Positions 59,801 to 64,000 of a stretch of DNA of 64,000 nucleotides are shown piece by piece. Each line of letters begins with the position of its first letter. The stretch's first letter is position 1. The translations under genes and the position numbers were made by a program. The notes beneath the pieces were generated by a model. It was given only the letters and a program-made list of their open reading frames with translations, had not been told where the DNA came from and did not search any database. This stretch comes from Monocercomonoides exilis PA203 (taxonomy: Eukaryota > Protista > Preaxostyla): assembly GCA_001643675.2 (NCBI GenBank), contig LSRY02000005.1:868001-932000 (forward strand), written 5' to 3'.

Positions 59801-62800
59801 ACAGAAACAGAAGTGGCTGAATATTCTTCTCCATTTGTTGATGAAAGCATGGATTCCTCTTTCACAGGTGTCTTTATTGAATCAGTCACAGAAATAGCAG
59901 GAGAAGAATGATTGTGTTGAAGTTTGCCAGAAGGTGTGTCAGAGGTGGCCTTCATGTCATTCTTAGTGTCAATTCCAGAAGGAGATTGAGCAGATGTTGA
60001 AAAGGGCGATGTATTTGGCAAAGGAAATATGACAGAATCTGATTGAGATGGAAACATTGATGTATCAATCGAAGAAGCAGAAAATGTCTGCTTGTTTGTT
60101 GATGTTCTTTCAATGCTTGATGTTGAATAGTTCACATTCTTTTCTAGCTGTGCTGCTTCTTTTGTCTGTGCATTAAGTGGATTCACAGGAATTGTTAAAA
60201 CTGTTTCATTGTTACCATTTGTGATATTTGTAGCTTTTCCTCCATTTTCTCTATTGTCCTTCTCCTTTGAACCGTTGCTAGCACAAAAAAGCGACTGAAA
60301 GGGGCCACATGATGGAACAAGCAGAGTAACAGTGCAATATGCACACCGAATAGAAGAAGAATCAATTTCATCAATTGAACCATCACTTGGAAGATATTCA
60401 TCCAAAGAAGGGCTGACAGAAGAGGAGGAAGAAGAAGCAGAAGAGATAAGAGGAGAATTCAACAGATGAGGAGAAGAAGCTAATGGAGAATCACCAGAAT
60501 CTGTGGAGGAAGCAGAAGATTCAGCAGATGACTGCGTAATATTAAGTTTTGTTTTTGTTTCAGAAGAAAGATTGGAAATATCATTTTGTTCTGAATGAAG
60601 AGGAGAAGGAGGAGGAGAAGAGCTATCTCTTTCAGACAGATCAGAATCAACCTGCTCCCTTTTCGTCTTTTCCTCTTCTCCTTCTTCTGCCTTCTTCTTT
60701 GTCTTGTTCAAATGTTTTGTTTCTACTGTTTTAATTCCCATTAAAGATATATCGAGAATTAAAGATGCTGGAAACAGGAACGCTTCAGATGGTTTCTTTG
60801 AATAAGATGCATCATTTGAAGAATCTTCAGAACATTCAGAACATTCAGACGATTCGATTGGATTGATTTCCAGCCAGTTTTGAGAGAGATGCAATTCGGC
60901 GAGTGCAATAGATTGTCCATCAGATGCCTCTGACGACACATCATTCAATGGAGATGAAGCAGAAGAAGATGCAGAAGCAGAAGAATGAGTCACAGGCAAA
61001 GACTGTTGAATACACTCAGACACATCCAATGGAGATGCTTTGAATGGAATCCTTTCTGATTGCTGTACCTCAATCTGCTGTGGGGTGTGTCGTTTTGTGA
61101 AGGGTGCATCAACAGGAGGCGGGCGGAAGGGCGAAAGAGGAGGAGACGATGTGCTAACGGGTGATCCCCAGTGCTTGGAGGAAGAAGAGAGTGGAGGAGA
61201 AGTGATAGAAAGAGGCAGATGGCTGGTTGTGCTGTGCTTGTTTGATTGTGACTGAGGTTGTGCTTTGTTCTGTGGTTGGTTGCTTAGCTGGGAATGTGGG
61301 TGTTTCATTGGATATAACTGTGACGATGATGATGATGATGATGAAGCAGAAGCAGAAGCAGCAGAAGAAGAACCAGAGCTGTTTAAATATCTACTGTAGC
61401 AAAATGCAACAGAACTGAACATCAGAAGAAGAGTGGAGAGTGACTCAATAGACACAAATGATTCCTCTTTCATTTCTGTTTTCAATGGCTTCTTTTCTGA
61501 TAAATTGTATTTGTCAGATGAAGATATTTCTGCTTTTGTATCTGCTTCTGCTTCTTTTGCAATCGTCTTTATTTCATCCAACTTTTTTGGTTCAATCAAT
61601 GAAGAAGAAGAACATGCTGATGATGATGACGATGATGAATGAGCATTTGCTGAATGAGAATAAAGTGAAGAAAGAGAGAATGTTTGAGGAGAATGACGAT
61701 GCGAAGCGAAGAAGGAGACCAGCAAATCGTCGTCGTCTTGTTCGCAGGACTCAGAAATAGACTGTTTGAACAGAGAAAATGCTGTGTGAGTAGAAAATGG
61801 GGATTTCAGAGCAGAAAATGATGAAAAATCAGCAGAATTGTGTAAATGGAAGGGAAATGCTGAGGGATCGGGTGGGGGTTGGGATGATGATATTAAAGGA
61901 TCATTGGAAGTAGGAAAAGAAGGAGATGAAGACGAAGAATATCTGTTGAATGGAATAAACGTCACAGAATCAACAGTCGGCTGTTTGTGATCTGCAAACC
62001 GATTCAACGTGCTGACAGCTTCTTTCTTCAATTTGGTTGAAGGCATACAATCAGAACAAGAAGTATGTCCTTCTTTTGTGTTGTATTTATATTCAGATTG
62101 TGAAAATTCTGCCTGTTTTGCTTTGGAAATATCATGTTTGTGTCGAGTATGTGAATCATCTTCATCAACAATGTTTTGTTTCTTTGACTCCATCTGGGAT
62201 TTATGAAGTGCATAGCAACTGAACACAGAACGAAACATGCAGAACATCTGATTAAACACTCGAAGCATGTGCAATGAAGAAGAAGAAGATGATGATGATG
62301 GTGGTGGTGATGGTGATGATGATTCTGGTGTTGCTGATGCTATTGATGATGCCAATGATGTATTTCCTTCTGTCTGTTTTGAGGCTGTTTTAACATACTC
62401 AGACATTATCTGCTCTTCTGCATGCTTCATCCGCAGCAGACAGTTCAACAGCAGCTCTTTTCTGTCAAAATAGGAAGTGTCCTCTTTGTTCCTATCTGAA
62501 AGCACCTTTGGCTTGAAGCGTTCAATTTCTCCTGTTCTCGTTGATGGAGATGCATTTAATGTAAAATGCATATTTTCTGGTTGTTTGCTTATTTCCTTGC
62601 AGTCTTTAAGACTTTTATCGTCTTCAGTCATTCTGCTGCTGATTGATTTGTTTTCGCTCTCGTTCTGTTTGATAGATGCTTCTGATTTCAGCCTGATATT
62701 ATCAAGTTTCTTCTCTTTTGTGTTATTTTTCTCTTCTTCTTCTTCCTCTTCCTCCTCCTCCTCCTCTTCTTCTTCGCCTTCTTCGCCTTCCTCATCCTCA

Positions 62801-64000
62801 TCATCTTCTTCTTCTTCCTCCTCCTCGTTTTCATCTTCATCGTCATCTTCATCATCATCAGCGTCTCCTTCTTCATTGTCCTCTTCTGTTTGGTCAGATA
62901 GCGACAGAAAGAGCTTCTCTGTGATTTGCTTCGCCTTCTGCTTGTTATTCAGCAGCTCTGCCATCTTCCTCTTCTCCCTTTCAAACGCTGACTCCTTCTC
63001 CTTCTCTGCTTCTTCTTTGCCTTTCCTCCTGCGACTGCTCTTGTTTGCATTTGATTGGGTCAATGTTTGTGAGGGCGTTCCCTTTTCATTTGCTTCTCTT
63101 CCTTCTTTTGATTCAATTTTTTCTTTTCCCTCTTTTTCTTTCTTATCATCTTTTTTCAAACTTCCTGTGTTTTCCTTCCCACCCCAAATCTTCTCTCCAT
63201 TCACTTTGTCCTTCTTGTTACTCGCATTTTCTGCTCCTTCTGCCTCTCTCTCGCTGCTCTCGTCGTCTAGTCCGCTTCCATCGTATTCTTCGCTGTCGTC
63301 GTCTTTCTCCTCAAACAGCAACCGGCGCAGCACAACAATCTCGTTCCTCAGCCGTTTGCACGCCTTCGTTTCTTCTTTCTTTCGCTTTTCTTCTTTCTCG
63401 TCGCTCGTTGCAAAGTCATTCCGGCTCTTGATTTTCTGCCGATGTTCCACAAACAGCTCGACCAATGAGCGTGATGTGTCTGAAATCTCATTCTGTGCTT
63501 GTGTCTTTTCGTCGATATGCTTCTCAGTTGATTGAGTTTTCTTAACTGCTGTTGCAGACAAAGGCGATGATGAAAAAGATGAAAGAGCAGAAAGAGCAGA
63601 AAGAGTGTTGTGAGGCAGATGATATTCTGTCATGTTAGATATTGCTGTTGTTGTGCTGTTTGAAATGTAGTTTTGCGGCTGAAGTGACGAAGTGAGAGAG
63701 AGCGAGTGAGGAGAAAGGCCGAAGCGTGGGTGAAGCAGAAGCGAAGGGAAAAACGGGAAAGGAAGAATGTAATCAAACAGGAATGACAGCGGCACCTCGT
63801 CTGCAGCAGCGCCAGGAAATCCTGGCAATGAACAGCACGAAGCATTTTGTGGAGTGGGTGATGTCTGACTTCGAATGAACGAGCGAAAGCTGAAGAGGCG
63901 AAATGAAGAATAGATTGGGAAATACTGTGAGCTCTTCTTTTTAAGGGAAGCATTGTCACTCGGCATTGAATCTGAAGTGGATTCAGAAGGAATTTCTCCT
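56896..64000 (-). CDS. TLDc-domain protein (OXR1/NCOA7-type C-terminal domain), 5' end outside the window
   Basis: WRLLFAKSRHGTSFTTVF, NIFGCFCS, YGTNECFLF, IAFGSG, GTSDYSETFANPVL, FFIDDIEIW at the C-terminus. The frame stays open to base 64000. Confidence 0.88.
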   Translation of the reverse strand, partial: GEIPSESTSDSMPSDNASLKKKSSQYFPIYSSFRLFSFRSFIRSQTSPTPQNASCCSLPGFPGAAADEVPLSFLFDYILPFPFFPSLLLHPRFGLSPHSLSLTSSLQPQNYISNSTTTAISNMTEYHLPHNTLSALSALSSFSSSPLSATAVKKTQSTEKHIDEKTQAQNEISDTSRSLVELFVEHRQKIKSRNDFATSDEKEEKRKKEETKACKRLRNEIVVLRRLLFEEKDDDSEEYDGSGLDDESSEREAEGAENASNKKDKVNGEKIWGGKENTGSLKKDDKKEKEGKEKIESKEGREANEKGTPSQTLTQSNANKSSRRRKGKEEAEKEKESAFEREKRKMAELLNNKQKAKQITEKLFLSLSDQTEEDNEEGDADDDEDDDEDENEEEEEEEDDEDEEGEEGEEEEEEEEEEEEEEEKNNTKEKKLDNIRLKSEASIKQNESENKSISSRMTEDDKSLKDCKEISKQPENMHFTLNASPSTRTGEIERFKPKVLSDRNKEDTSYFDRKELLLNCLLRMKHAEEQIMSEYVKTASKQTEGNTSLASSIASATPESSSPSPPPSSSSSSSSLHMLRVFNQMFCMFRSVFSCYALHKSQMESKKQNIVDEDDSHTRHKHDISKAKQAEFSQSEYKYNTKEGHTSCSDCMPSTKLKKEAVSTLNRFADHKQPTVDSVTFIPFNRYSSSSSPSFPTSNDPLISSSQPPPDPSAFPFHLHNSADFSSFSALKSPFSTHTAFSLFKQSISESCEQDDDDLLVSFFASHRHSPQTFSLSSLYSHSANAHSSSSSSSACSSSSLIEPKKLDEIKTIAKEAEADTKAEISSSDKYNLSEKKPLKTEMKEESFVSIESLSTLLLMFSSVAFCYSRYLNSSGSSSAASASASSSSSSSSQLYPMKHPHSQLSNQPQNKAQPQSQSNKHSTTSHLPLSITSPPLSSSSKHWGSPVSTSSPPLSPFRPPPVDAPFTKRHTPQQIEVQQSERIPFKASPLDVSECIQQSLPVTHSSASASSSASSPLNDVSSEASDGQSIALAELHLSQNWLEINPIESSECSECSEDSSNDASYSKKPSEAFLFPASLILDISLMGIKTVETKHLNKTKKKAEEGEEEKTKREQVDSDLSERDSSSPPPSPLHSEQNDISNLSSETKTKLNITQSSAESSASSTDSGDSPLASSPHLLNSPLISSASSSSSSVSPSLDEYLPSDGSIDEIDSSSIRCAYCTVTLLVPSCGPFQSLFCASNGSKEKDNRENGGKATNITNGNNETVLTIPVNPLNAQTKEAAQLEKNVNYSTSSIERTSTNKQTFSASSIDTSMFPSQSDSVIFPLPNTSPFSTSAQSPSGIDTKNDMKATSDTPSGKLQHNHSSPAISVTDSIKTPVKEESMLSSTNGEEYSATSVSVKESVSSTKSSSSSSSSSHSLPIRSPLEVPLSSFSLVKTLNSNSNNGNSNTTNSSTHSPPKPDSSNSPESVLTSSYLFTRAPHLQSALRRNQSITRSKSVSSSASQIEPLRSPFHVAHSKASAAATAEVAAAVAPSSTFSLSSALDSSIFDASSPLSAQRQISSLRPNIFLSSSSSSSSSSAAAAASNKRSMPTLPIATHSTASSFVNSQSARRESLSFLPFRSKTVNVKQPSSVSNAAQVPLPLVNVLPSSSPVQSFLTLMAQTASSITRTVVMPLMIPLAFLKEVAEREETFSCSSVSSAGLLKPAACYKNQSVSCSFNESGSNSFTDTQIPSYVFSFFSKAKNIIRTARRSLADEASALSAFATQFEQRRDKHLVEQSEQEFRVLASQVEEAEHEERNGKTKKEMEMFLVKRDREREKEREKKFERERRRLVESKDERDKHKLRKLMAKQALRMEEIEICHRVMEEMWIERERTRLEQKNKEKTEEQKKVAREEQDKEIRNMMEVKMMQRKQRKKKEEKAMISSEDINIGIDTAALTRQIAKEMASIGSSPSKLDRKEGLNQSSSRLREDDADKPSSAKSNNRKKEKEKEKEKGKEKGKGKDRDEEKESEEQKPEDKEWEVMQIRAGIEELQKSHPTLVSYCASVPSMKSEEFFAANPKLPRPVLFPSSHTTFLTEQHLALLQRSLPRSVILSVLSSPSTATQSSSSSSSSSSSSSSSSSSSSSSLSSSSSLSSLPPLSPPSTLTWRLLFAKSRHGTSFTTVFSRCAALPFGVPFSDSRGGVPSLNTPVLFVVKEARRPFVSSSSSSSSSSSAGRGDALPDASFDKLNDNIFGCFCSHTLRQQGRCYGTNECFLFRFRNVPASNTSSFSSSSAAVNAKDTRSSSSPSAAAPLLVLDCFGATKATTLFIHSSLQRIAFGSGSSWSLSISDGMLRGTSDYSETFANPVLSRNHDFFIDDIEIWSWGR

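Noticed and set aside
1-64000. Alternative genetic code (stop reassignment)
   Set aside because: Multi-kilobase ORFs are open in the standard code, and in-gene stops are explained by introns.

Overview
AT-rich, gene-dense eukaryotic DNA with short spliceosomal introns (mostly GTTTG/GTGTG/GTATG...AG) and very large Ser/Glu/Lys low-complexity proteins. This style, plus two decayed multicopy-family fragments, suggests an oxymonad such as Monocercomonoides (inference, not searched). Left to right: pseudogene debris (1.5-3.8 kb); two small spliced genes; an intronless NRPS-like adenylation-carrier-reductase (carboxylic-acid-reductase-like) gene with an N-terminal ZZ-like finger; a 7-exon UCH deubiquitinase head-to-head with FRA10AC1; a ~4,300-aa HECTD4-like scaffold that has no HECT domain but carries ZZ, CUB-like, PIMT-like and UBR-box-like modules; a MyTH4-RhoGAP lacking the arginine finger; two adjacent near-perfect long inverted repeats (383-bp and 148-bp arms) between divergent genes; an LRR gene; a reduced CDC50; a second ~4,300-aa low-complexity gene with an 11-nt micro-exon; and a 5'-truncated TLDc gene. 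No rRNA, tRNA, CRISPR array or intact transposase was recognised. All family calls come from motif reading and recall and need HMM confirmation.
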